64,000 nucleotides of DNA. It comes from Podarcis tiliguerta (lineage: Eukaryota). Under the pieces are notes generated by a model that saw only the letters and a program-made list of their open reading frames with translations, made no database searches and was not told the DNA's origin. The stretch is from the NCBI GenBank assembly GCA_965153285.1, contig OZ229110.1; one strand, written 5' to 3'. A program made the position numbers and the translations under genes. Positions within the stretch are counted from its first letter, which is position 1. Each line of letters starts with the position of its first letter. Below, piece after piece: positions 13,977 through 25,858 of this stretch.

Positions 13977-15510
13977 ATGTACAAGAACACACAGTGGAAA
14001 AATGACCCCTGTGCATTTCAGTGGCTATGTGTGTACACAGCCCTACTCACACCCTTACAGCCATAACAAGAAACCTCCTTTCCTCTCCTTGGGAGGCCCT
14101 TCATATTCCATAACCAAGCTAAACCCATGTGTTTTTTGGAAACTGTCCCCCTCTTTCTCCCCCCAAATTCCCCCTTGTGGGTTCCCACTGCTCACCAGAG
14201 TACTCTAACCACAAACTCATGGACACACTCAATCTCTCTGAAACATAATAATTGCTTTAAACCAAATCAGACCATTGGTTCATCTAGTACTACTGTCTAT
14301 ATACCATCTGTCAGTGACTTTCTGGGATTTCAGACCAGCCTTTCCCAGCCCCACCTGGGATTAAACCTTGGGGTTTAAACCTTGGACCAAATCATGTCCT
14401 CCATCTGTGAGTTATCCCCACCCCCTTTGTCATACCCACTTGGGGATATTTCTTCCCTTTCTTATGCCACCATTCGGGGAACCATTAGAATCCATGCTGA
14501 ATCTTTTATAGCTTCACACCGAAATGTCTTTCTCTCTGCCCAATTATTCCTGCTGTTCAAGTGTTCTAATAAGCAGAGAGAAGGAATCTAAGATTTCAGA
14601 ATAGGCAGCAGAAGAGTAGGATTATAATGATTGACCTACATTGGTATTCTTAGATTATTCAGAGCCAACTATATTAACACAACTGCTATCTTTACTATAA
14701 TGGGGCAACAGCAGAAACTGTATGATAAACCCAAAGCACACCCACCCTATTCTCTTATAAACGTGATGATTACTAGCTTGTGCAACAACGGGTTACACTA
14801 TTTTATACATGTCCTGTTTGTTCTCTTATTTATATTTTGATACATTTGTAGTCTGCTTTTCTATACAGAATATTCAAAGCAGCCTATAGACGACAACAAG
14901 ACAATATTAAACAAAAACAATGTAAATGATTGATCATGACATAAAGCATTAAAAATAACAAGCACATCCAGATCAAGCTGTCTATAAAGCCACTAGTTGG
15001 GTGCTGTATTTCAGCTGGATGCCTTTTGAAATAAATAGGTCATTTGCCCTGAGAAAGTCAAGCAATGATGGAGTCAGGTGGATCTCTCCCGGGAGGGCAT
15101 TCCATAAGCTAAGGCCCTGTTCCTCATTGTTGACTGCTATGTATCTGAAGACAATTGGATACAGACCAGATCTTAATGCCCAGGCTGGTTCATATGACCA
15201 AAGACAGTTCTTCAAGTATCCTGTAAGCTTCTCAAGATCCTGGCCAATTTAGGTCTAGTTCAGCCACATGGTTCCACGGCAAAGTCATTCGCCTGATCAG
15301 GGCCAGTTCCAACACACCCAGCACCATGCAAATGACCTAAAATGTGTGGTGCTGCATAAGTGCATATTACCATGGGGCCAAACCAGTCTACTGCCCACTG
15401 AAGAATGCAGGCATTATTCAGTAAGTATAGTAAACAAAGGGGACAAAAGCATGGCACTTCATTGGAATGTTTTAATCTGCAGAGCTTCACTCTCCAGGTT
15501 TATTACTTAC

Positions 15511-15658
15511 GGGTGAAATGATTTGAAGTGGATGGGTTGACACTATCACCACTGTCAGCGCTTTCACTGCTAGAAACGTCGTCATCCGATTCCCGCACCG
15601 AAGAGCAGGGCGAAGAGCCATCAACTTCTTCAAACTTCCTCTTTAAAATTCCACTCAT
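15511..15658 (-). CDS. CSRNP3: CSRNP3 first coding segment, 148 nt (exon 15511-15681 including 23 nt upstream of the ATG)
   Basis: MSGILKRKFEEVDGSSPCSSVRESDDDVSSSESADSGDSVNPSTSNHFT, matching the CSRNP3 N-terminus. Acceptor ctcttgcag ends at 15682, ATG is at 15658-15656, and donor gtaagt starts at 15510. The split codon C|CA gives Pro on joining the 714-973 exon. Confidence 0.96.
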
Positions 15659-16480
15659 AGCTGCAGCACTGTCACATGTACCTGCAAGAGGAACAGGTGC
15701 ATTGAAGCAAGGAAACATTTGACTGCAGACCAGGCAATCAAGGTCTTTAAAGTCATTCTGAGATGGGTTTTCTAATACTAGAAATGCTCAGGCTTCTCAT
15801 GAATAAGTTCCAGTGAGGGAGGGGGGCAGGGAGATAGAAGTGTCAACATTTGAGGCAAGAGAATTTCCTAGGTTCCCTCCTTTGTCTTATTAAGGAGTTT
15901 AAGAAAACCCTAACATCTAAATAATCACTGTAACAAGTAACACTGCTTTTCACAGAAAAACTGAAAATTTAAATCCATGTACCCAACTAATTGGTAATGC
16001 TAATAAAGTTGCCGCTGAATGTTCCAAAACTAGACCTCATACAAAACTGATCTGATGGGGGAAAGTCCTACAGTTTCCCTTTTTGTCTCACTTACATTTC
16101 AGGTTTCAATAAATCTTGTAAGAAAAGATGTAGAAGGCGCGGGGGGGGGGGGAGAGAGACTCCTGTTCACACAACAAGGTGTGCGGTGAAATTTTCCATA
16201 CAGGGAAAGTTAGGGACAGAGGCACCAGCTTGCAAGGGCGATTGGAGGGGGGGCCATGTCACAAGTGTGAGCATCACATCTCCCTCCCTAAGCTTGGTAG
16301 AAGCTTCCCAGGCTTCGGGAAGGAGGCACCAGGCTCTAATACTCCAATTTACCAGGAACATTTAGGGGACTAGCCTAGGCCCGAGTCCACTGACCACACA
16401 CAACTGAACACAGGAAGTACTGTTCCAAAAGGCAGGTGTGTTTCTGAGGCAGTGTTTGGCATGCACTAAACTACACTCCT

Positions 16481-18800
16481 TCTGGTACATGCGTGAGAAT
16501 GGGATTCAGCATGACCTCACAAGTCCAAGATCTCCATGGCAGAATAGACTTTGTGAAAGGACAAACCAGACTTTGCTACAAGGCCTAAAAACCTTGTTCC
16601 ACGATGCCAATCTTCCTGAAGAGTATTGGGCTGAATCTCTTAATTGTTTTGTTTATTATAATCACAGGTATTCTGCACCAATAGGCTGTACTCCCTATGA
16701 GAAGATGTTTGGTAAGAAACCATAACTCAAGCACATGAGAATCTTTGATTCTGACATGTGGGTCCATACTCCACAGAGAAGCAAGCTCGGAAATGGTGGT
16801 GTGCATAGCATATTTGTGGGGTACGAAAAAGGTGCATACAGAGTGCTGATGACTGACACAAATACGGTATGGTTTACCAGGAGTGTTCAGTACAATGCAA
16901 AGTGGGGGGGACAATGTGGGGATTTTCCAGAGTCACCCTGAAGCTGAAGAAGCAGAGGAAGCTGAGGATGATGATCAGGGTTCAGATTCCAGTTCCGTGG
17001 GAGGTGCTAGTGCTGCTGACCGTGACAGTGACACAGCAGACTACAAGAGTGTGAAGGCCTCACTCAGACCATCTGATGGGTCTGACACTGAACTGGAAGA
17101 ACCACTGTTCACCATCGGCCACCATTCTCCTAAGAAAGAGGAGATGAGTGAAGACTTGCATCTAGTACGCAGATCTGAAAGGGCCACAAAGGGCAAACTT
17201 CCAAAGAGGTATGCTGATGAGTTTGCTAAAACAGCAACAGCTGTTGTTAGTAGCTCAGAGAAGGTGTGGGAACCTTCAAGCTTCCAAGAGGTCCAGGAGT
17301 TAACCTCAAAGGAAGCTGAACCATGGCTTAAAGCCATGAAGGCTGAACTTGATTCCTTAGAAAGGAACAAGACCTGGGAGCCGGTTCCAATAGTCCCAGG
17401 GATGAAGCTGGTTGACAGCAAGTGGGTCTTTAAGGCCAAGACTGATCAGAATGGCAAGGTAGTAAGACACAAAGCCAGATTGGTCGCCAGAGGTTTTTCA
17501 CAGGTACCAGGACAGGACTACCAAAAGACCTACTCACCCACCGTCAAGCATGAGAGCATTAGGCTTATGCTCAAGATTGCTGCAGATGAAAAGCTTCACG
17601 TTTCACACCACAATGTGAACACAGCTTTTTTGCACAGGGTGCTGGGAGAGGAGATTTATATGCTTCCACCTGATGAAGTGCAGGTACAGAAGGGAATGGT
17701 CTGTAAACAACAGAAATCCCTATATGGTCTCAAACAGAGTGCCAGGTGTTGGAACACAAAACTAACAGAGACATTGTTTTCTCTAGGTTTTTACCAAGGC
17801 AAAGCTGGTCCATGTGTGTTTGTCCAAGAGGAGGGGCAAAACAAACTGTATTGTGTATGCTTTGTTGATGATCTTCTTTTCTTTTGGAAGCATCTGGGCT
17901 TTGTACCAAAGCACCCTAGCTCAGCTGCGAGAGCACTTTGACATGAAGGATCTTGGTATCCAACTATCTTTCTCTGGAAGTAGAGAAAAACCAGGCAGGT
18001 GATTTTTTTCATACACCAATCTCAGAAAATTGCTGATATATTGACCAGGCTGAATTTGGTTGATGCAAATCCTGTGCAAATCCTGATGCAAACACCAATG
18101 GTAACAGGTTTCCAGTTAGGTGATACTGGTGAAGCATTTTCTGACACTACATTGTACAGATGCATTCTAGGCAAACTGAATTTCATTGCCAGATGTTCAA
18201 GACCTGATATAGCTGTGAGCACTAATCTGCTTAGCAGACAAGCTAACAATCCTACTGTTCAGGATTGGAAAGCTCTGAAGCGCATAGTACACTATCTAAA
18301 AGGTACTACAGACTCAGATTCACTAGTCAGGGGTCTGGAGGTCTGGAGATATTTGCAGATGCAAGTTTTGGAAGTGACACCACAGATGGCACAAGCACTT
18401 ACGGGGTATGCTACATGTACAACCAGAGTCTGTTTGACTGGCTGTGCAAGAAGCAGGCAACAGTGAGCCTGACTTCTTGTGAAGCTGAACTCAGTGCACT
18501 GTCATATTCACTTATGAATGGTTGTTGCAACCATTTAAGGACGTCAGGGTTAATATGAAATGTCCTACACAGGTGTATCAAGACAACAGGTCCTGTTTGG
18601 CTTTGCTAGCTTCAGAGAGTTGAAAGCAGAGAAACAAGTACTTGCAGATAAAGTTACATCGTGCAAGGGAGTGTCTTTGGAAAGGACTCATTCAGGTGTC
18701 CTACATGCCAGGAAATGAGATTCCTGCAGATCTGTTGTCTAAGGTTGTTAACAGAGAACAACTTCAGGTATATGTACAGCAGTTGCAGTTGGGTTGAAAT
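16481..18800 (+). pseudogene. Disrupted copia pol (integrase/RT/RNase H)
   Basis: ORF fragments 16438-16725, 16735-16941, 16883-17941, 17999-18466 and 18265-18558 carry successive pol motifs separated by stops and frameshifts. Confidence 0.9.
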
Positions 18801-18833
18801 ACTGTGCCACAGGTTACATGGAAAGGGGGAGGA

Positions 18834-19304
18834 TGTTGAGAATTTCTGTTCCACTTTAAGGAGCAGACATGGGATTGTTAAGTGTCACATGTCTGTTTAC
18901 ATTCCAGCACAGTCTGCTGGGAACTTCTGTCTGTTTGTATAGCTTTTGCTTTTCTTTGTCTCTCTGAGGAGAAGAAAGGGAGACAACATGTTTTCTTTGT
19001 CCTGATTTATGCTTAATAAATCTTTAGCTGTTAGTATGTTTTCACAAGCCTCACACCTGTTCTGTTTGCGCAGTATGCTCTGCTAATATAGCGTGCTCAG
19101 GCTTTTGAAGTCTGAGTCGCTGATTTACGTCACACCAGAGACCGGAGGATCGTCACGACTGGAAGGGCATGATCCAGGTGGGGGCTAGCCAGCTGGCATC
19201 TTGACCCCCAAAGAATGTTGACAAATGGGAGGAGCAAGCTCCTCCCATAGCCTAGCTCTCTGCCTGTTTCTCAAAAAACTTTCTCCCAGGCAGCTCCATT
19301 AACA
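18834..19304 (+). repeat. Putative 3' LTR of the copia element
   Basis: Starts TGTT directly after the PPT, contains AATAAA at 19015-19020, and has a candidate AACA end at 19301-19304. The right boundary is uncertain because there is no second LTR to compare. Confidence 0.65.
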
Positions 19305-22300
19305 GAAGACAACTGGCCCAGGGAGGAAAATGCCACACGTTGTCATTTTGCAGATGTCACTACTCCCACTGGCAACACCTTGCTGAGAAAGCAAATCAGT
19401 AAGAACTAGGAGGCAGCAGGTTCTTCAATGGGTGGCAGATTTTAGCCAGGGGTCCAAACTTGGAACCACTTCCATTGACTCCATCCCTCAATTTTCCACC
19501 TCAGGCAGAAGTCTTTCTACCTCCTCATAAGACCACTTTTGCAACCTACACTCCAAGTCCAGTGATGTGAGTTTTCCAGATTTTTTTTTGAACCAGGAGA
19601 ACTTCTGGGAAATTATCTGCTGCTGCATAAAAGATTGGGATCTGATTTAGTATGCTTGACTTTTATTTGGTAAACAACCCCCCCCATGTTTATGTTTTAC
19701 ATTGCGTGTGTGTGTGTGTTGTATTTTACATTTTCCAGTGACAATAAGAAGTTGAAGTGAAAGTGTTGACTGGGGCATTCAAGAAATGTTTCTTTCAAAC
19801 AAATTCAAAGCTTTATTTCTGAATATTTTTAATTTTTTAAAATTCATTTTTATTGAAACTTTTCAGCATAAAATACAATGAAAACAAATAAATCTAAATT
19901 AAAAAAAAAAATAACATAAAAGGAAAAAAGAAAGAGGGGGAAAATTACAAAGCCCTTTATCAGAGGTAGATCTTAACCCTTGTTTCACACAAAAGGATGT
20001 GGATTGTTCCAGCTCTCACCTGGGAGCTCCCCTTTCTTCTCCCAGCCTCCCACCCTGGGAGAACTTCCCTTCCCTGCCTCTGACCCAGGGTCTATCACCT
20101 TCCTGTGCATACCTTCCTTAACCCAGGATATAATAATTTTACTGGAGTACTCATAAATGCTTTTAAGATCTGATAACTCAACAGAATACACTTCTTTCAT
20201 ATTGTTAAAAATAATAATCATGAAGACCTTGAAAACTGTTAAACCTGCAAAAATGGATAGAATAACAGATGTGACTCCAGTAGGCGACATTCCAGTCACA
20301 TAAAAGCCAGAGGTTTCAACCCATGTAGATGGTCCTCTATCCAAGCAAGCAAGAGGCACAATCACAATTCAGACACATTCCAGCCAGGAAAAGTGATTGA
20401 GGGGGTGGAATGGGGCTGGTGGGGTGTGTACTCTGAGGGAAGGCTATACCAAGGGCCTGACAGAGAGACATGGAGGTCCCCAGGCCTACGTTCCCGCACC
20501 AATATCCTAAAGGGTGTCACCTAGAAAAACATATTTGCAACTCCAGGCAATTGTGATTGATATTGTAGCCATTCATTATGCACTTAAAACAATTTTATGA
20601 AACAATCAATTTTTAGAAATGGGGTGTGTGTATGTCCCGAAAACATTTCCATCCTGGAATGTTTTTCCACCCCACATCTCTGCCCACAACACTGCAGTCT
20701 GCTCAGTCTCTAGCTGCCTTATGAGTTGTGGGCACTGATGGGCAGCAGGAGAACCAACAAACACAGGCCATACTATCTGTTCCTGGGAATGTGTCCTCAT
20801 TTGTAAAGCACTTTGCAAATATCCATTAATTTGTCATATCATACAGTTCCATGAGAAACAATGGGAGAATTTCAAAATCATTCTGCCAGGGGCAAGGTTT
20901 TTGCCCTCCCTCCTCTTCCCACATTGTTCTGGGGGATTCTCCCAACTTCCCAGAGTCTACAGAGCAGGGAAAGGGAAATTCTGTTGCTTCTGCTGACAGG
21001 ACTCATTACTTAAATCTTACCCAATGAAGTTCATATTTCCATGTTGTGGGGGCATTTAAAATCTCACAGAGGTATTGCAACTACAAATCAAATCAATGAC
21101 AAGACCAGAAGAAGAATGCAGAAATTGCTAAGGAATATATATGGCTTGCAAAAATATGTCTCTACCCCGGAAATGCAAATGCTCAAACAGTCTTTCGAAA
21201 AGGCTTTGGGTGATGAGTTAAAAGATACGCTTAGAAATAAGAGAGAGAGAAAATATAGGGTAGGGTTAAATTAATATCTTCAGTGAAAGGATGTGCTTAA
21301 TTCAACACTTGGCAATTCTGATATAATCCCATTTTATAAGTTGTTATTATCATCACATAGACCAGTTGCTATGCAGTACCATCTATTCCTCCCAGCAAAT
21401 TGCCTGGGAATCTCTGACTTGATCCACTTACCTAACAAGTCAATGTGCAGCCTTGCCAATGTTGTTCTGTGTTCACAGTGCACCATATATGGACAAACCT
21501 TCTGGTTGAAAATTCTAAGTGAAAAGTTAGCCCCGCCCACATTGGGCAACATTATGACCTCACAACATGGTGGGCACAAGCTATAACTAGGTAAGCAATA
21601 TGCATTCTCAAGTAGAACCTTTTACATCCTCAAACTGGCCAATTTCCCACTATATTGCTTATAAATATGATGGTGCATTTTCAAAGGCTTCATTATCTCT
21701 ACCTAGCAAGAACTGAGCACCAGTCAAATGAATGTGAGGGAAGGGGAACCAAAACGTCATATCATATTTCTTGAAGACAGAATACTATTCCTCGAAAACT
21801 TAAATCTGAGTTGTCTAGTCACTGGGGTCACACTAATTCAATTGCAGCTTGACTTTGTCTATGAATGGCTTTGGTCTCAACCTTGAATAAGCATGCGGTG
21901 GTATGTATACATGATCTGAATACATTTCCATACATAATACATTTTATTTTACAGCTCTCTGAAAACCTTTGCCCAAAAAGAAAGCTTGAATGATTGCTGC
22001 TTTGAAAAAGTAGCTTTAGTTCAATAAAATGAAAATGCTTCCTTAACTTACTCAACACAGAATGTAATTCCCAAATCTTGCTTTCATTTTGTAAACTTGA
22101 AAATCATTACTGAGGATCACAGAATTGGGAGTTTGTGAAAATGAGGGATCATCAGGTCACTTCTGTACAAAGGCAGAAAACGCTGCACATTGACCACCTG
22201 AAGATTAACCCTCATAATCCAGAGCCAATGAGGTGTGACACAGGTAGCAAGACTCCGCAGGCAGCACACTGCCTAAAAGACAACTGGGGTGTTATTGTTT

Positions 22301-25165
22301 TATTTTGAAGATAGGACCAATTGAGATGTTAACGGTCATGGCCAGCACTGTGAATTATACTCAGAAATGAACTGGCAATAAGTGCAGTGTGAAAAAATGT
22401 GAGTCACGTCTTCAAAGGGGGCAGGGACTAGTTCTGGTCAAGAGTCTTGGCAATGCCTGATCAGCTTCCTCCAGAAACAATGTCATCAAAAGTGGGGAAA
22501 CTTGTCTATCATTTGCTACAGAAGACAGCCAGGTGGGAAAGGTGGCAAGGCGAAACTGCAGAATAACCATAATGCCCCACCCCCCAGTTCACCTTTTCCT
22601 TGCCATTTGCAGGTATAATAAACAATGGATGTGATCAGCTTATAAGTAGAGAACCCTGGAGTCAGCTGACAAGAGTGTAAATGCAGGTAGAAATCCTTTC
22701 AATGTTGGCACTTCTGTTGTCATGAATATGCTCTCAAATGAACCAAAATTGTACCATTGAAAGCTCTGTGAAAGGCAGGGGATGGCGTGACACTGATAAA
22801 CTTATCCTTCTGGAATCCCAGAAACCTGCTATAAGTAAGCAAAAACAACACAACGAGGTTAGACCTGCTACTCAGCTTAGCCTTGGCCTTACTGCATATT
22901 ACCTTGTGCTTGAGGAAAATATGGCCATAGCATATGTAAGCTGTGTAGACTGATCAACACTGTGAACCTATAGTCTGGGCTGGTTCATATGTCACCCTAA
23001 ACCAAACAATGGCGTCATATGAATGAGCAAGCAATGTACACTCAGGTCCCACTTTCCAAACGCATGCTATGTGAAAATTCACTTATCCATCCATGATGAA
23101 TTAGTACCCAAATCTCACTATCCACATCACAGATTCAGATATGCAAGCAGCCAGAGTCTGTCCACTTACTCGCTTGTTTGTGCTTTGCTGGTTGGCAATA
23201 GCCATTTTCAGGCAGAAACCGGGAAGGGAGGGAGGGAGGGAGGGAGGAGGGGGTCAGACAAATCAGGGAGCAGGAGAAATCAGACAAGTCAGTTTTTCCT
23301 TTGTCTCTCCTTTTCTGGTTGGCTGCAGAAACCATGGAGGGAGAAGGGAGGGAAATGAGACAAACCATGGATTAGAAATGTCCCCATAAGAAAGAATGGA
23401 AATTATAGGCTCATTATGCGAACCTTCACCTAATGAATGATTTCCAGTGAATGCATTGTGTTTGGAAAGTGTGAACTGCATGTAGGCTCCCAGGGATGAG
23501 ATCCCGTCTGCTTTGCTCCTCCTGGCACTTTGCTGCTACACCACACTGAGCTAAACCATGGCTTGGCCAAGCATGTTGTCCAAATCTGGGCTCATGGTTT
23601 AACTCCCTCCAGATAAACCACAAGCTCTTTCTGTATTCTTATCATAAAGGGTTGCCTCACAACAGGCCTACAATAACAAACCTAAATCCCTAGAGTAATG
23701 CATTTTGACCCCAAACAGTAATTTCTGTCCTTTACAATCATTTTTGGATAATTCAGTATACTGTGAGACTGGAATACATCTAATCTTTTAAACATCCAGC
23801 TAAGCAATGGCAATTTGGCTCCTGAAACACTACACAGCATATGGTAAATGATGAAAAGGGGAGAGGTGAGTCTTTTGTGACTGTATATCTTCATATTAGC
23901 TGTTTTATTTTATGTTTGGATTTGAGATTACTGGTACTGTCAGTTTGGATTTCTTTATTGATTTATTATATTATTGTATGCTGTTCATTACTAGCTGCTG
24001 CAATTTTGCGGGGGGTGTGTGTGTGTGTGTGTAATGCCCCTTCGCTAAATGCTGCATCTTTTCCTTCCAATATTTTGCAGAACAATTATAGGACATTAAA
24101 AGCTGATAATGATGTTCCATATAGAACATGCATATGAGCGCTGGCATTTTAAAAATCCATTCCACATTTTAAAAGATAATAGCCCAAACGCCTACTCATC
24201 CCTGTAATTGTCCCTACCATCTATGGAAGTCGAAACCCAATGGGTTTAAATATGTGACTCTGAAATATTACGATTCAGGTCTTCTTATATTTACATAAGT
24301 TTATTAAGACTATATACTGTGAAGAAAACCAAACATCTAAGAACTGCCATTTCTCTTCTTCTGACATAAACAATGGACTTGCTGTAATAGTATGTGAATG
24401 GGTGTCTGTCTGTACCATCTATAACTGGTTTTTAGTCTTTTACATAGACTGGAATGGGGGTGGCTTAAACACTTACATTTAACATAAAATCACTGCTGGA
24501 TGATCACTTCAAGGATCCATCTATTCCAGGATTCTGTTGCCAACCAAATGTCTTCAGTAAGTCCCTACATGGCACACAAAGGCAGTGGCCAACATCCCTC
24601 CTCTGTTGCCTGTCCCCAGTATTCAGAAATGCTATCATATTATGATTCTATTTCTTAATTGCTTACTATATAAAATGTCTCAAAGCAGCTTACAATTTAA
24701 AAAAACCCCAAACCAAACCAAAATGTGCACATACATGAACTTAAAACAAACATCAAAAGAAATAAAATGGCATTAGGAAAAGTGGCTATCCTACCCCCTC
24801 AATCTACTAAAAGATGAACACCAAAACAGGCAGGGTCACACCATCATACCACATGATTCCAACTAAGAATCAAATGGCCAGGTAAAAAGGGTATATGTGT
24901 TGGCCTGGCACCAAAAAGTTGGTACCGATGGCACAAGGCATTCCTCCCTGGGGAAAGCTTTCCACAGTGGGCAAGTACAATGCCTCTGCAGAGGCACAGT
25001 TCCCAGGTTCCACTTCACGACCCATGCAGCCTACCTAGGGAGACTAGAAGCACTGCCAAAAAAAGAAGGAGATATCAAGTAAAATCTTTTAACAGCACAA
25101 CAACGCTGATTGACAGAAGAGGTTCTACAAAACAAAGCCTAATGAATCATATAGTTTCAGAATTA

Positions 25166-25491
25166 AAGGTAAAGGTAAAGGGACCCCTGACCATTAGGTC
25201 CAGTCGTGACTGACTCATCTCGCTTTATTGGCCGAGGGCGCTGGCGTACAGCTTCTGGGTCATGTGGCCAGCATGACTAAGCTGCTTCTGGCGAACCAGA
25301 GCAGCGCACGGAAATGCTGTTTACCTTCCCTATTTATCTACTTGCACTTTGACGTGCTTTCTAACTGCTAGGTTGGCAGGAGCAGGGACCGAGCAACGGG
25401 AGCTCACCCCGTCACGGGGATTCAGACCGCTGACCTTCTGATCGGCAAGTCCTAGGCTCTGTGGTTTAACCCACAGCGCCACCCTTGTCCC
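25166..25491 (-). mobile_element. Sauria SINE with 13-bp TSD
   Basis: Body as above. The TSD agtttcagaatta is at 25153-25165 and 25494-25506. Confidence 0.9.
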
Positions 25492-25607
25492 TCAGTTTCA
25501 GAATTACTGATTGATAAATTACATTTATACCTTAACCCAAAAAAGAAGAAGAGCTTTTATACGTAAGATCACATACGTTCAATGTCTTTTAGCTTAATTC
25601 CCTAACA

Positions 25608-25858
25608 CATGGGCAGGCAAACTAAGGCCCGGGGGCCGGATTTGGCCCAATCACCTTCTAAATCCAGCCCGTGGATGGTCCAGGAATCAGCATGTTTTTA
25701 CATGAGTAGAATGTGTCCTTTTCTTTAAAATGCATCTCTGGGTTATTTGTGGGGCATAAGAATTCGTTCTTCTTTTTTCCCCAAAATACAGTCTGGCCCA
25801 CCACAAGGTCTGAGGGATAATGGACCGGCCCCCTGCTGAAAAAGTTTGCTGACCCCTG
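25608..25858. mobile_element. hAT MITE family A, copy 1
   Basis: Ends catgggcaggcaaact and agtttgctgacccctg; 8-bp TSD ccctaaca on both sides. Confidence 0.88.

Larger units (their letters stand above)
16481..19304 (+). mobile_element. Ty1/copia LTR retrotransposon, 5'-truncated and frameshifted (integrase-RT-RNase H, PPT, 3' LTR)
   Basis: Copia domain order. Integrase: ENGIQHDLTSPRSPWQNRLCERTNQTL. RT: KARLVARGFSQ, LYGLKQSARCW, FVDDLL. RNase H: FADASF, TSCEAEL. These are split over several frames. PPT gaaagggggagga at 18821-18833 is followed by TGTTG. No gag, protease or matching 5' LTR is seen. Confidence 0.93.

Noticed and set aside
19985-20365. 126-aa minus-strand ORF with a hydrophobic stretch
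   Set aside because: GTG start, no recognisable family, intronic location; consistent with chance.
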